Below are positions 1-10,985 of a stretch of 64,000 bases of DNA, in pieces. Within the stretch, counting starts at the first letter, position 1; every line of letters begins with the position of its first letter. The translations under genes were made by a program, and so were the position numbers. The notes under the pieces were generated by a model that had not been told where the DNA came from, did not search any database, and saw only the letters and a list, made by a program, of their open reading frames with translations. Origin of the DNA: Tetramitus jugosus (Eukaryota; Protista; Heterolobosea); the NCBI GenBank assembly GCA_937625935.1, contig OW569345.1, forward strand, positions 124,001 to 188,000. Direction: 5' to 3'.

Positions 1-208
1 CATAGTTGAAGAAGAGTGGATCTCTCTTATCTCCTTGGAATAGGAACTTCTTTCTCTCTTCGTCCTTGACAGCCGCACTGAGCGTGCTTGGCTTCTCCAG
101 TACTCTTGATTGCAGATACTGAACACCAAAGGATAGTCCAACAATGAAAGTGAAGAGACCCAATTGTCTCATTGGATAGGGAACAGTTTTGTTGTTAGGA
201 GTGGACAT
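1..208 (-). CDS. Partial hypothetical small membrane protein (runs off window start)
   Basis: ATG at 208, frame open to base 1: MSTPNNKTVPYPMRQLGLFTFIVGLSFGVQYLQSRVLEK...DPLFFNY; one hydrophobic segment; divergent from the SR gene. Confidence 0.45.
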   Translation of the reverse strand, partial: MSTPNNKTVPYPMRQLGLFTFIVGLSFGVQYLQSRVLEKPSTLSAAVKDEERKKFLFQGDKRDPLFFNY

Positions 209-619
209 TCTTTATTTCAGATGAGTATAGTACAGTTAGTAGTGTTTTATAGTACAATAATTGAGGGTTGGTTGGGTAGAAATCGGTTGTTGTAGTGTTT
301 TCTGATTGGGTTCGCTCTCCAGATTTCTAAAATAAATACTGGCAGCACACGGTAAGTTCCCCTTACTGTAGTGACGTCGCACGTCCACAACGAAGAAGCT
401 GCGTCAACCATCATTACACATATTGGAAGGAAGCTTCAACCGGTTTGATCTCAATCTTAAATTAACTTTTTTGACGGCCCGACTCTCAGACTCCGCTTCA
501 AGCTTTTTTCCTTCCAAGCGCAAAAAACCACAAAAAACCACAACCATTCACGTTCACAAATCAAAAAACACGTGATTCAGAGATACACACATACACACAA
601 CGAAATTGAAATAGAAAAA

Positions 620-1925
620 ATGACAGAATTGTTTGTGGGTAATTTGACTCCTAATGTTTCACCTCAAGACTTGAAAAGCGCGTTTGAAAAGTTTGGAAAA
701 TTGGTGAGATGCGATTTGAAGAAACGTTTTAGAGATAGCTTTGCTTTTGTATCATATGAGAATGAGAGTGATGCCATGAAGGCAATCGAAGAATTGAATG
801 GTACTGAGATTAGAGATGCTAAAATTAATATTGAGATCACAAAGTCTAAACCAAGAGTCAGAGGAGGCAGAAGAGAAGATGAAGTGAACAACAGTACCAC
901 TAGCAGTGGTAACAACAGAGGAAGAGACACCAGTAGACCATCAAGGTATGTTTCTTTTTCGTCATTAATGCAGCATGTTTCCATTGGAATATGGTGAGTG
1001 AGTCCAATTGGTGAGAGTGAATGATGCTGACAAACACTTCTTTTTTGTTGTTGTTGTTGTTGTTGATCCGATTGTTGTTTTGCTTCCGTGTTGTTGGGTT
1101 ACTGCATGATTGATCAACAAAGCAGAAGGTACAGTCCATCATCATCATCATCATCATCACACAGAAGAGTCAGAGTGTCTCCTGGCAGAGGTCGCTCACC
1201 AAGAAGTCCTTCGAGACACTATGATTCGAGAAGTAGTCCTTCGAGAAGACGCTCTCCTGGTAGAAGTCCATCGTATGTTGTTGTTATTATTGTTGTTGTT
1301 GTTGTTGTTGTTGTGTATAGCTATATTGCTTTTTTGTCAAGTTTCTGTGCGCCTGATGTGAATGCAAGCACAAGCAAACAAAAAATAATTGATTTTAACT
1401 CTAACACCATCACATGCAAACACAATCAACAGAAGAAGAGATTATTCACCAAGAAGCAGAAGAAGAGATTATTCTCCTGATAGCAGAAGAGACTACTCCC
1501 CAAGAAGAGATCAGAGCAGCAGAAGAAGACACTACTCCCCTAGAAGAGACGACTCTCCTCGCAGATCATCCTCATCCAGAAGAAGTGATGATTACTCTCC
1601 ATCCAGATCCAGAGGCAGAGACAGAAGAAGAGATGAAAGCAGCAGCAAAAGAAGAAGAAGATCAGAATCGTATGACAATGAAAAGCGCTCCTCTCGCTCA
1701 TCACCTTCCAGAGCTTCTGACAGAGAGAGTGACACTGACTATGACAGAAAGAGAGCAAAGAGGGATGAGAGAAGTCCTGTGAGAGATATAGATGTAACAA
1801 CAAAGAGTGGAAACGGTGATGACTCAGACAAGAATCACAACAATAACAACGTCAAGAACAAGAATGACACCCACGGTGAAAACAGAGAAAAGTCAGCTGC
1901 AGGTTCAGAGTCTGGTGAAGAATAA
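620..1925 (+). CDS. Serine/arginine-rich (SR) splicing factor, single RRM plus RS domain; 3 exons (620-945, ~1126-1272, 1433-1925)
   Basis: RNP2 LFVGNL and RNP1-like SFAFVSY; GTATGT donors at 946 and 1273 with in-phase AG acceptors join three ORFs; long RS/SP/RDYSP repeats. Confidence 0.85.
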
Positions 1926-2228
1926 GATTATCGTGAAGAACATTGCCAACGGTGAGAATCCTGTTCCTTCCTTAGCAAGCCAAATCAATTGAATGAATCC
2001 AAACTCCCAATACAATGCCCACCCGCCACCAACCAACCTGTACAATCAAAAAGCATCCTCCATCCGTCCGTTTCCCATCCAACAGTACACTTTCCGAGTC
2101 CATTATTGTCTCCTTTGGACCCAAAGCCATGCGCCAACCAACCATAACGAACCTCGAAACTTCCCACAAGACAAATTTTTCGTTTGGAGTGGGGTGAAGT
2201 TGACTATTTGAAATATCTAAATATAGAA

Positions 2229-2301
2229 GGTCGTTTAGCTCAGTCGGTAGAGCGTTGGTCTAATAAGCCATTGGTCGCAGGTTCGATCCCTGCAACGACC
2301 A
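2229..2301 (+). tRNA. tRNA-Ile (anticodon AAT)
   Basis: Cloverleaf: acceptor GGTCGTT/AACGACC, D-arm GCTC/GAGC, anticodon loop CT-AAT-AA, T-arm GCAGG-TTCGATC-CCTGC, discriminator A. Confidence 0.96.
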
Positions 2302-2304
2302 TCC

Positions 2305-2309
2305 TTTTT
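2305..2309 (+). terminator. RNA polymerase III terminator (T5) of tRNA-Ile
   Basis: TTTTT 3 nt after the tRNA 3' end. Confidence 0.7.
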
Positions 2310-2405
2310 GAAAATCGCTATTCTGCAATCTTGTACTGTGGATTGAAAAGTACATCCGAATCGAGCAGAATAAAACTGATAAGGTCTGATAAGGTTCCAA
2401 ATCTT

Positions 2406-5243
2406 TTATGTATGGATCATGATCTCTAGAGCTGGATATTCTGTATGGAGTTCATCGTAGAGAGAAATGGGCTCGGGAGGTGGTTCGTCATCTAAATAAA
2501 AATTCAACTTAAAAGTCACAGCTTTCAACTTTGGAATTTGTTGCACCAATGACTTCAATGTGTCCCTAATTTGTGTTGGAGCCAGAGACACTACCTTCAA
2601 TTCGAGTCGCTCAAGTTCAGGGAACAGAGACAAGGATTGTAATGTACCGGCAATAATTGCGCTATCCCAGTGATGGTAAGAATAATTCATCATACATAAG
2701 GTTTTAAGGCAGGGATACATAATGCCATTGGGATTCAAAAGTCCAGTCACCTCCAATGATTGAATAGTCTGAGCAATACATGAGGGTAGTGTGAGATGGA
2801 TAACTTGATTCTGTGATAGTCTCAATGTTTTCAAGCTACAGAGATTGAGAGATTGCATCATTGACTCGTTTGAAGGTTTGAATGTTAAGTTGTCAAAGTT
2901 AATGTCGTCCAAATGAGTCCATGAGTTGAGTGCTTTTATCATTTCCAACTCTGTGTCAGGTTCCAGACTATTGATAGATAAAAGTGAGAGACGTTCGATA
3001 TTCGGAACTAACGTGCTCAATAACTTAAATGGTATACAATTCGATCCGTTTGGCAATCTGCTAATGGTAAGTTCTCTTACAGATGTATTCACTTTCTCCT
3101 TGCTCCAGAGCTCCCCATCAAATGTGGAGCTATCAAAAATAACATGTTCAAACATAATACATTCGAGGTTGATTGAGGAGTCTGTGAAAACATCCACGAG
3201 GAATTGTTGAGAAATCTCACAATTGTTGAGGTGCAATTGTCGTAGCATTTTCGAACCAACATTGATAAACGACCGCGGTGTGTGGTACGAGCTCACCAAA
3301 CTGTTCGTTGATAAGGCGAGTGTCTGAATCTTGGGACAATCAATAATATTTAGCTGTGCCAGCGAATTCGAGGACTTCATATCTAACACAGAGAGTACTG
3401 GACAATTCTCTATGTGACATTGAAGAAGCTCCCTTCCTGAACAAAAAAGCTTCGCTAACTTGATGCATGAGAGTAGCTTAAGAGAAACTGCTGAAGTGGG
3501 TGGAACGAAGTCATACATGTTTGGACATGATATCGTGACATTAGATACGGAGCATGAAAATAAATTCACAGACATCAGAGAGGGGGAGTAAATATCGACC
3601 GATAGACTCCTTCCACGGAGAGCCAAAGTGTGAAGCTTTGGAAGCTTTCTAAAATCGATATTCACACTACTCTCAATCGCCAAATCCTTCAAGTTGTACA
3701 ATGATTCAATGTACTGCACAGTGGTTGGACCTATGGCCGTTGATGAGAGATGCAATTTGGTCAAACAAGTGCAACCATCGATATTGGCAACACCTCCTTG
3801 ATTTCTCACCCGTACATCGAGAGAGTGGATTGTTTTGTGCTTGGAAACTATGTTGCATATCCTTTGGAAAGTGTTGGGATAGATGGAGGGTCTTCCAACA
3901 GTAAGACTCCTTAATGATAGATTGCTTGCTTCATACATCTTATCCAAGCAGTGCTTGATAAAGAGGCTATTCAATTCTTCATTCCATTCTTCTGGCCCGA
4001 ATGATAAATGTTCGAGAGAGGTTGCTCTTCCAATTGCAGATACAATAGCTTCAACTAGCATTTGGGTCATAGAACTCATCACATTGGAAATACGAATATC
4101 CAAATACACCAACTTTTCCATATTGCACTGGTTCATCTGATCTACAATGTACTGAATCGTATCTGTCTCTGAATCCAGTGACTCAAAATTGATACCAACA
4201 TTAAGATGACGTAGATTAGGCATCGTCTGCAGTGCCAAGATGAGATAGAGCGATGAAGTATGACGTTTCACCACTAATTTCTCCAATTGATTGAAGAATG
4301 TCAAGTCAGGAGATGCTCTGAGACATTGCTTATGAACCACTTCAGGGGTCAACAATTCCTCACCATAATCCATGCCTCCATAATTTGCTTCGTCTTCTTC
4401 ATCACTCTCCTCTTCTTCTTCTCCTTCCCTGTACTTTCGTCTCAGTTCTCTAGGCAACACAAATGACGTCTCATCGATCACTAATGACTTCAAGTTTGTA
4501 AAACTTTGCAACACTTCCACTATCTTGTACGACTTTGATGTTCCCAAATCGAAAGACTTCAATTGTGGAAAGCATGCAGCCAATCGGGACAAGTACCTCT
4601 TATCACTGATCGCATTACCGAGGTAAGCAATGTTGGACACGGACAAATTCTTAACTCTGTTGACAGAGGAACCATTGGTCTCATTTCGAGCGTTATCTCT
4701 AATCATTCGTTCTGTTGCTCTCGATGCAATGTGCAGCAACAGTGTAAATGACATCTCACCCGATATCGCAACACTCTCCAACAGTGCTTCATTGCGTATC
4801 ATCTGATCAAAATACCGCAGAGCTTTTCTCTCTGTCCAACCATAGGACTTGAAGTGTTGAGCCTCACTGTACATTACTTGATGAGTATCATCAGGTGAAG
4901 CAAACGTGGTCAATGCTACACTCTTGGACAAGGCATAGTACCACTGTTTACACACGAATTGGCCCAGAATCACATCATCCGAAGTCAAAAAATGAAAAAT
5001 ACTGGCTAGCAAGTTGTCTGTGAGAAAACGACGCACGTAGACACGTTCCTTGTCATCCTCCTCACCATTGCCACTCGTGCCACCATTCAAAACAACAGAC
5101 CGTGACAAATTGGTTTGACTGTAGAATTGAGTTTTCAATTGCTCAACTAGGTCAGAATTGGACTGTTGTTGCTTGAGTTTTTTGGCTAATGGAGCTCCAT
5201 TACTCTCCGGAGCTACCTGGTTGTCATCCAGTGCTCTCTTCAT
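2406..5243 (-). CDS. F-box / leucine-rich-repeat protein (copy A, 945 aa)
   Basis: F-box-like LTDNLLASIFHFL...VCKQWYYAL; many LxxLxL repeats; paralog at 49080-52061. Confidence 0.85.
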   Translation of the reverse strand: MKRALDDNQVAPESNGAPLAKKLKQQQSNSDLVEQLKTQFYSQTNLSRSVVLNGGTSGNGEEDDKERVYVRRFLTDNLLASIFHFLTSDDVILGQFVCKQWYYALSKSVALTTFASPDDTHQVMYSEAQHFKSYGWTERKALRYFDQMIRNEALLESVAISGEMSFTLLLHIASRATERMIRDNARNETNGSSVNRVKNLSVSNIAYLGNAISDKRYLSRLAACFPQLKSFDLGTSKSYKIVEVLQSFTNLKSLVIDETSFVLPRELRRKYREGEEEEESDEEDEANYGGMDYGEELLTPEVVHKQCLRASPDLTFFNQLEKLVVKRHTSSLYLILALQTMPNLRHLNVGINFESLDSETDTIQYIVDQMNQCNMEKLVYLDIRISNVMSSMTQMLVEAIVSAIGRATSLEHLSFGPEEWNEELNSLFIKHCLDKMYEASNLSLRSLTVGRPSIYPNTFQRICNIVSKHKTIHSLDVRVRNQGGVANIDGCTCLTKLHLSSTAIGPTTVQYIESLYNLKDLAIESSVNIDFRKLPKLHTLALRGRSLSVDIYSPSLMSVNLFSCSVSNVTISCPNMYDFVPPTSAVSLKLLSCIKLAKLFCSGRELLQCHIENCPVLSVLDMKSSNSLAQLNIIDCPKIQTLALSTNSLVSSYHTPRSFINVGSKMLRQLHLNNCEISQQFLVDVFTDSSINLECIMFEHVIFDSSTFDGELWSKEKVNTSVRELTISRLPNGSNCIPFKLLSTLVPNIERLSLLSINSLEPDTELEMIKALNSWTHLDDINFDNLTFKPSNESMMQSLNLCSLKTLRLSQNQVIHLTLPSCIAQTIQSLEVTGLLNPNGIMYPCLKTLCMMNYSYHHWDSAIIAGTLQSLSLFPELERLELKVVSLAPTQIRDTLKSLVQQIPKLKAVTFKLNFYLDDEPPPEPISLYDELHTEYPALEIMIHT

Positions 5244-5403
5244 CTCTTTTGTCTATTCAACATCTTTAAAAGGGTTTTAAAAGTCAACAAAATGCTGGAA
5301 GGCGGCAACGCGATTAAGCCGACAAAACGCCCGAATTTCTTCAATGAAGCATGCGATAAAAAGCGATCACACAGACAGACACAGAAAACAACGAATTCGC
5401 AAC

Positions 5404-6021
5404 ATGTCCTCATCGTCTGACCCTACGGCCGATGTTCCACTGATACACAGAGCCGATCTAGAAATTAAACAAACCAGTTCTTCCACTGCCGGTGCTGGTT
5501 CCGGAGAATTTCACACCTATGGAAAGCTTCGAAAGAAGCAAATGATGAGAGAAGAGCAAATGGAGCTCGAATGGAAACAGGAACGAGCAGAAAAGGAGTT
5601 TAATGAGAAACTGGAGCAGAGAAAACTGGAGATTGAAGAGAAGCGAATAAGCAAAGCTCTCAAACGAAAGAGGAAAAAGGAAAAGAAGAACAAGCCAGAA
5701 AAAGAAGAGGCAGCTGACTCACGTGAACAGCAACAACAACAAGATTTACGAGATGACACATCTGTGGAGGAGGAGGAGAAGAAGAATGGTGGTGATCAGA
5801 TAACTGCTCCAGATCAAGTTCAAGAACAACAAGAACAGCAAGAACAGCAGAAGAGTGAAAAGAATGATCAACTACAACAGCAGCAGCACAACACAAATAA
5901 GAAGCGAAAGAGGATAAGGAAAAAGCCAAAGGTGCAACATGAAGAAAGTAACAACCATCAGCAGCAACAACAAGATGATCTTGAGAGCTCACACGAAAAA
6001 AAATCCTCAAAAACAAAGTAA
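5404..6021 (+). CDS. PRKRIP1: PRKR-interacting protein 1 / DUF1168 family spliceosomal protein (copy A)
   Basis: Signature SSTAGAGSGEFHTY followed by a charged coiled coil and K-rich tail; start set at MSSSSD (5404), as in the duplicate. Confidence 0.8.
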   Translation: MSSSSDPTADVPLIHRADLEIKQTSSSTAGAGSGEFHTYGKLRKKQMMREEQMELEWKQERAEKEFNEKLEQRKLEIEEKRISKALKRKRKKEKKNKPEKEEAADSREQQQQQDLRDDTSVEEEEKKNGGDQITAPDQVQEQQEQQEQQKSEKNDQLQQQQHNTNKKRKRIRKKPKVQHEESNNHQQQQQDDLESSHEKKSSKTK

Positions 6022-6050
6022 AATAAACAATAATAATAATAAGCAGCAGA

Positions 6051-6959
6051 ATGAGTCACAACAACAGCTGCGCACCACCAGTCGTGGCCACTGAACAAAT
6101 CCAACAACAATTGCAATCTGTGCTTTCCACATTGCAACAACAAGGCATCAAGGGTGACGATATCGATACTGCAAAGTATGAACACATTCTCCATCCCAAC
6201 AACAATGAACACTTGAATGATCACTTGGAGGAACAAAAAGAGAAGCACAAGCCTATTGAGTCATACATTGATCACACAGTTCTCAAGCCAAATGCCACTC
6301 TGAAAGATATTGAACAATTGTGTCAAGAGGCCATTGATCACCACTTTTATGCTGTATGTGTTAATTTGTGTCGATTGGAGACTTGTGTGGACAAGTTGAA
6401 GGGATCAGGTGTCAAGACGGCAGTTGTCGTTGGTTTTCCTCTCGGTGCCACTTCCACTCTTGTTAAAGTACAGGAGACGAGTGAGGCACTTCAACTGGGT
6501 GCCAATGAAATTGATATGGTTATCAATGTGGGTAAGCTGTTGGATGGAGAATATGCTTTCGTCTATCAAGAAATTAAGCAATTGGCACAGCTCTGTAACA
6601 CTCACGGTGCAAAATTGAAGGTTATTCTGGAGACGAGTCAGTTGCCAAGTGATATGGTGTTGATTGATGCCTGTTTGTTGTGTTTGTTGGCTGGTGCTCA
6701 CTTTGTAAAGACGTGCACGGGTTTCATGGGCGGTGGCGCAACGTTGGAGCATGTATTGCTGATGAGAAGAGTCGTCGGTTTCAAGAGTGGTGTTCAAGTC
6801 AAGGCATCAGGTGGCGTCAGAAGCTATCCAGATGCACATCGTTTGATCCAAGAGGGATACATTGACCGTATTGGAACGAGCTCTGGTATTGCCATTATCA
6901 GTGGTTCCAAGCAACAAACAGCCAACAATAGTAGTAGCTCTAACCCAGATGCCTATTGA
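6051..6959 (+). CDS. deoC: Deoxyribose-phosphate aldolase
   Basis: Motifs IDHTVLKP, VVGFPLG, EIDMVIN, KVILET, FVKTCTG (Schiff-base Lys), KASGGVR, RIGTSSG. Confidence 0.93.
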   Translation: MSHNNSCAPPVVATEQIQQQLQSVLSTLQQQGIKGDDIDTAKYEHILHPNNNEHLNDHLEEQKEKHKPIESYIDHTVLKPNATLKDIEQLCQEAIDHHFYAVCVNLCRLETCVDKLKGSGVKTAVVVGFPLGATSTLVKVQETSEALQLGANEIDMVINVGKLLDGEYAFVYQEIKQLAQLCNTHGAKLKVILETSQLPSDMVLIDACLLCLLAGAHFVKTCTGFMGGGATLEHVLLMRRVVGFKSGVQVKASGGVRSYPDAHRLIQEGYIDRIGTSSGIAIISGSKQQTANNSSSSNPDAY

Positions 6960-7446
6960 AAAGTGATCAAATAGAATGTTAATTTTATGGCACATACATT
7001 TATTTCGTTCTTGGCTCCATCCAAGGTACTGGCTTCCACTCTGTAGGAGCGTCCATGTCGAGCATGATGAAGCCTTCTTCCGGCTCCTCCACTATTCCCA
7101 ATATCACCAACAAATTGTTAGCCAGCAATACTGGCAACAACAGCAACTTCTTGTTGCTGGTGCGTCTTCCAATGGCCATTGTTTCTCCTTTACAACCATC
7201 AAAGATCGTAGCAACTGTCGATTGTTAATGATCCATGGATGAAGAAAACAAACCCATGTGAGAATTCCTGTTTGCCCGTCCCTACGACAGTGACAGATGA
7301 CAGCGAAAGTAAAAGTAAAAGAGAATACATTCGGATGCTCAAGATGAATCCAGATGCAAGAGTTATGCCTCTTCCGTATGATATGTTTCTTCCACGAGGA
7401 GGAAATAGGATGAAGAAGAATCGACGGACAAGCAGTGAAGGATAAT

Positions 7447-9267
7447 TTATGGTGTTTGTAAGGAGGTAGAAGTGAACGTAAACTTACCACCGACAACAGT
7501 TCCAAGGATCGAGGTCTTTGGAATATGATCGGCATCAATTTTGAGAATGTTCTGAGATAAGATGGTCAAATCTGCCAAGTATCCCTCTTTGATCAGGCCA
7601 AATCTGTTCTGATTGAAAGATGCATAGGCTGCTGAATAAGTGTATGCTCTTAGTGCTTCTCTCACACTTATTCTTTCCACTGGATTAAATCCAGTTGGAT
7701 GAGAATTGGTTTTTCGAGTCACTGCAGTGTAAATGTTAGATATTGGATCTAACTCGGCAACAGGCCAGTCTGTACCAAGTGCCAAGATTGGAAACTCTTC
7801 ATTTACTGCCTTACCACTGTTCAATAGTGTGTTGAAAGAGAAGCTTTGCTGTGTTCTCTCAGAACCAAGGAGCCCTTCAACGTTGGCAGAATCTTCAATG
7901 AGATGACAAGGTTGAACACTTGCAATCACTCTCATATCGCCAAATCGAGGAGCATCTTTTGGATTTAAATGCTGAACGTGCTCAATTCTGAATCGATGAT
8001 CCTTTTTGATCCCTGATTCCTGGATCACTTGATCGATAATGTTGAGTAACTCATGGTTTGATCGATCTCCAATAGCGTGGACAACCATTTGAATATCATT
8101 GCCATATGCTTTCTTTGCAAATTGGAGCAACTCTTCTTGATCAATTGTTCTGAGTCCACAATTGGTTGTATTAACAAATGGCTCAAACATGTATGCAGTC
8201 TTACTGCCCAAAGATCCATCATAAAACTCTTTCAATGCTCCCCATTGAACCCAATCGTCACCTCTTCCATTAACTTGAATGTACTCGATCAATTCGTCCA
8301 AAGCTTGCATCCTTGTTGTGGCAAATATTCTGGCCTTCAAGTGCCCATTTTCTCTTGCCTTCAGGAAAGTACCTAAATCCTTCCAACTATCACCAATGTA
8401 ATTCATATTGGTAACACTAGTGATACCATTGGCGGCCAGTTGATCCATTGCAGCTCTCAGTGATTTCATATCATCCAGATCAGGAAGGATATTTTGAACA
8501 AGAGTCATTGCCTTGTCTTTCAAAATGCCTGTTGGCTCTCCAGTAACAGGATCCTTCTCGATATGACCACCTTCCATATCTAGAGTGTGACGAGTAATAC
8601 TGGCTAATTCCAATGTCTTTGAATTGACCAAGCACGAGTGAGCGTCCATACGCAGGAGATAAACAGGATAATCGGCTGTAAACTCATCGATCCATTCCTT
8701 GACAGGACTCTCTCCAACAGGGTAGTGATCTTCATTCCACTCTGCACCCAAAATCCAGTCTCCCTTCTTTAACTTGTGTCTCTGAATATGGTTTCGAACG
8801 TTCTGCACAAACTCTTGCTTGTTGTTGACATGACGCAGAGGCACACCCAAAACAGCCCTTCCTCCCAAGATCAAGTGCACATGGGCATCATGAAATCCAG
8901 GTATAATAAACCTATTCCTCCATTCTGGTTCCGATAAATCAATCACCTTCTCCACAGGTCTGCCATCAATCACCTGTCTCACATACTCGGTTGAACCTAC
9001 CGCCAAAAATTTACCGTTAACCACAGCAAATGACTCAATGTATTCTCTTGACTCTTCAAAATCTTGATTCTCTCCTTGACCGACCCAAATTTGAGGATAA
9101 TGTCCCTCTTGTGCTCTCGTATTCAATCGTCCGTTTACAACCAACAATTGAACGGGTTCTACAGTTGCCAACGACTCACTGACGGATCGTAGTGAAAGCT
9201 CAGGATAAAAGGAAAAAAGAGAAATCACAACACTCGCAAGTACAATGAAGTATGGTATCAGATTCAT
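7447..9267 (-). CDS. Metal-dependent amidohydrolase, YtcJ/LAF3-like (amidohydrolase_3), with N-terminal signal/anchor
   Basis: IIPGFHDAHVH, DGSLGSKTA, HAIGD, RIEH, GTDWPV motifs; hydrophobic N-terminus. Confidence 0.9.
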   Translation of the reverse strand: MNLIPYFIVLASVVISLFSFYPELSLRSVSESLATVEPVQLLVVNGRLNTRAQEGHYPQIWVGQGENQDFEESREYIESFAVVNGKFLAVGSTEYVRQVIDGRPVEKVIDLSEPEWRNRFIIPGFHDAHVHLILGGRAVLGVPLRHVNNKQEFVQNVRNHIQRHKLKKGDWILGAEWNEDHYPVGESPVKEWIDEFTADYPVYLLRMDAHSCLVNSKTLELASITRHTLDMEGGHIEKDPVTGEPTGILKDKAMTLVQNILPDLDDMKSLRAAMDQLAANGITSVTNMNYIGDSWKDLGTFLKARENGHLKARIFATTRMQALDELIEYIQVNGRGDDWVQWGALKEFYDGSLGSKTAYMFEPFVNTTNCGLRTIDQEELLQFAKKAYGNDIQMVVHAIGDRSNHELLNIIDQVIQESGIKKDHRFRIEHVQHLNPKDAPRFGDMRVIASVQPCHLIEDSANVEGLLGSERTQQSFSFNTLLNSGKAVNEEFPILALGTDWPVAELDPISNIYTAVTRKTNSHPTGFNPVERISVREALRAYTYSAAYASFNQNRFGLIKEGYLADLTILSQNILKIDADHIPKTSILGTVVGGKFTFTSTSLQTP

Positions 9268-9735
9268 ATCCGTGATATTTTTTTGTGTGTTTGTTCAACT
9301 CAACAAAGGAAAAGACTTTGATGCGACATTTCGCGCAAGGGGAATAATACTGTAGGAGTATTTAATTTGAAGGAGAAGAGCGTGCTTAAGAAAGGCGAGT
9401 AATGTGACTGGAGTTTCGTTGGCAAAGCATACTTGACTAATCGACCAGCGTCAGGGGAGTTGTTCAAGAACCTTTGGCTACAAATCTCCCTCCAGTATCA
9501 CATGAGCAACCATAGACTAATATCTGATAAACAGAGGTGTAATTGACGAGAATTTCTTTCTCATAGCCACAAAGAGATCACGCATTGCTGCAACCAGGAG
9601 CAACCAGCAAGCTCCTCTCAAAACATCAAAGGGAATCTTCCTCACGGCGGACAATTTTGATGGAGGAAGAAAAAAAAACAAATCAACGAACAAAAACCAA
9701 CAACAAAAAACACCACACACAAAAAGAAGCAACCG

Positions 9736-10874
9736 ATGACTCAATTGGACCAGTGGATAGAAAAAGTAAGAAAGTGTGAATTCTTGCCCGAACAAGACTT
9801 GAAAAAGCTTTGCAACATTGTACGTCACTTTTTTTTTCGTTCTCAGATTTCAACATGTTTCAACAATGAGTCACACTCTGTGCCCATTGTGTTGTATTTG
9901 TTGATTTGAGAATGTTCTTTGTTTTTTTTCCACCCTTATCATCATTTGCAAAAAAGCTCACCACATTCCTTTTTTTTTGTACCAACCAAAAAAAAAATCA
10001 TCAAAAAATGACAATTGTTCCAAACAACAAACAAAATCACTAGGTCAAGAACATTTTGATTGAAGAGTCCAATGTTCAACCTGTTCAGGCACCAGTGACC
10101 GTCTGTGGTGACATTCATGGTCAATTCCACGATTTACTCGAATTGTTCAAGACTGGTGGAGAATTGCCAAACACAAAGTACATTTTCATGGGTGATTTTG
10201 TCGACAGAGGTTTCAACAGTCTCGAAACACTCACCTACCTGTTGCTGTTGAAGGCCAGATATCCACAGTACATTACACTGTTGAGAGGCAATCACGAAAG
10301 CAGACAAATTACACAAATTTATGGCTTTTATGACGAATGTTTGAGAAAGTATGGCAATGCCAGTGCATGGAAAATGACTTGTGAAGTGTTTGATTGCATG
10401 AATGTGGCTGCTGTGATTGATGGAAAGGTGCTGTGTGTGCACGCTGGTCTCTCACCTGACATTAAGACCATTGATCAGATTAGAACCATTAACAGAAGAC
10501 AAGAGATTCCTCACGAAGGTCCATTCTGTGATCTCATGTGGTCCGATCCAGAGGATCAGATTGATACGTGGACTGTGAGTCCTCGAGGTGCCGGTTGGAT
10601 GTTTGGTTATCGTGTGACTGCTGATTTCAATCATTTGAACGGATTGGAGTTGATTTGTAGAGCGCATCAATTGGTACAGGAAGGTTATCAGTATCACTTT
10701 AGAGAGAAGAGCATGGTGACTGTGTGGAGTGCTCCCAACTATTGCTATCGATGTGGCAACCTGGCCAGTATTTTGTCCTTTTCTGAGAATTTGGATCGCG
10801 AGTTCAAATTGTTCAAGGATGTTCCATTTGATCACGCCAGTGCCAACTCCAACAGACCAATGTACTTCCTCTAA
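9736..10874 (+). CDS. PPP6C: Ser/Thr protein phosphatase 6 catalytic subunit (PP6/Sit4); exons 9736-9819, 10044-10874
   Basis: [30 protein letters not shown]-terminal YFL; exon 1 [28 protein letters not shown] joined by a GTACGT...TAG intron in phase. Confidence 0.9.
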
Positions 10875-10985
10875 GACTTTTTTTCACATGTCATCATCGT
10901 CCATTCCAGTGGACAAATCTCCATTTTGTAAACATTCATACACATTTATTACATCAGGAAAAAAACCACACATACAACGTTAAAT

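Larger units (their letters stand above)
2343..6644. repeat. Copy A of a ~4.3-kb inverted segmental duplication (partner 48276-52115)
   Basis: Near-identical reverse-complement match covering the F-box/LRR gene, the intergenic spacer, the PRKRIP1-like gene and part of deoC. Confidence 0.95.

Noticed and set aside
1433-1620. Repeated AGAAGAGA(T/C)TA(T/C)TC units as a CRISPR-like array
   Set aside because: They are coding RRDYSP repeats of the RS domain in a eukaryotic gene; irregular spacing and no cas genes.
1926-2228. C-rich spacer upstream of tRNA-Ile as a third retroelement copy
   Set aside because: No poly(T) tract of tail length, no TSD, and no similarity to either copy in any listed frame.
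2184-2429. 81-aa ORF, and N-terminal ORF extensions overlapping tRNAs (47157-47261, 63167-63316, 63336-63560)
   Set aside because: They are read-throughs of tRNA or retroelement sequence; better ATG starts lie downstream.
5265-5282. TTTAAAAGGGTTTTAAAA palindromic indel relative to copy B, as a piggyBac-like TTAA footprint
   Set aside because: Too short and AT-rich; slippage or fill-in explains it equally well.
7055-7445. Two short + strand ORFs that might form a small frameshifted gene
   Set aside because: No recognisable domain or splice signals; cannot be supported.
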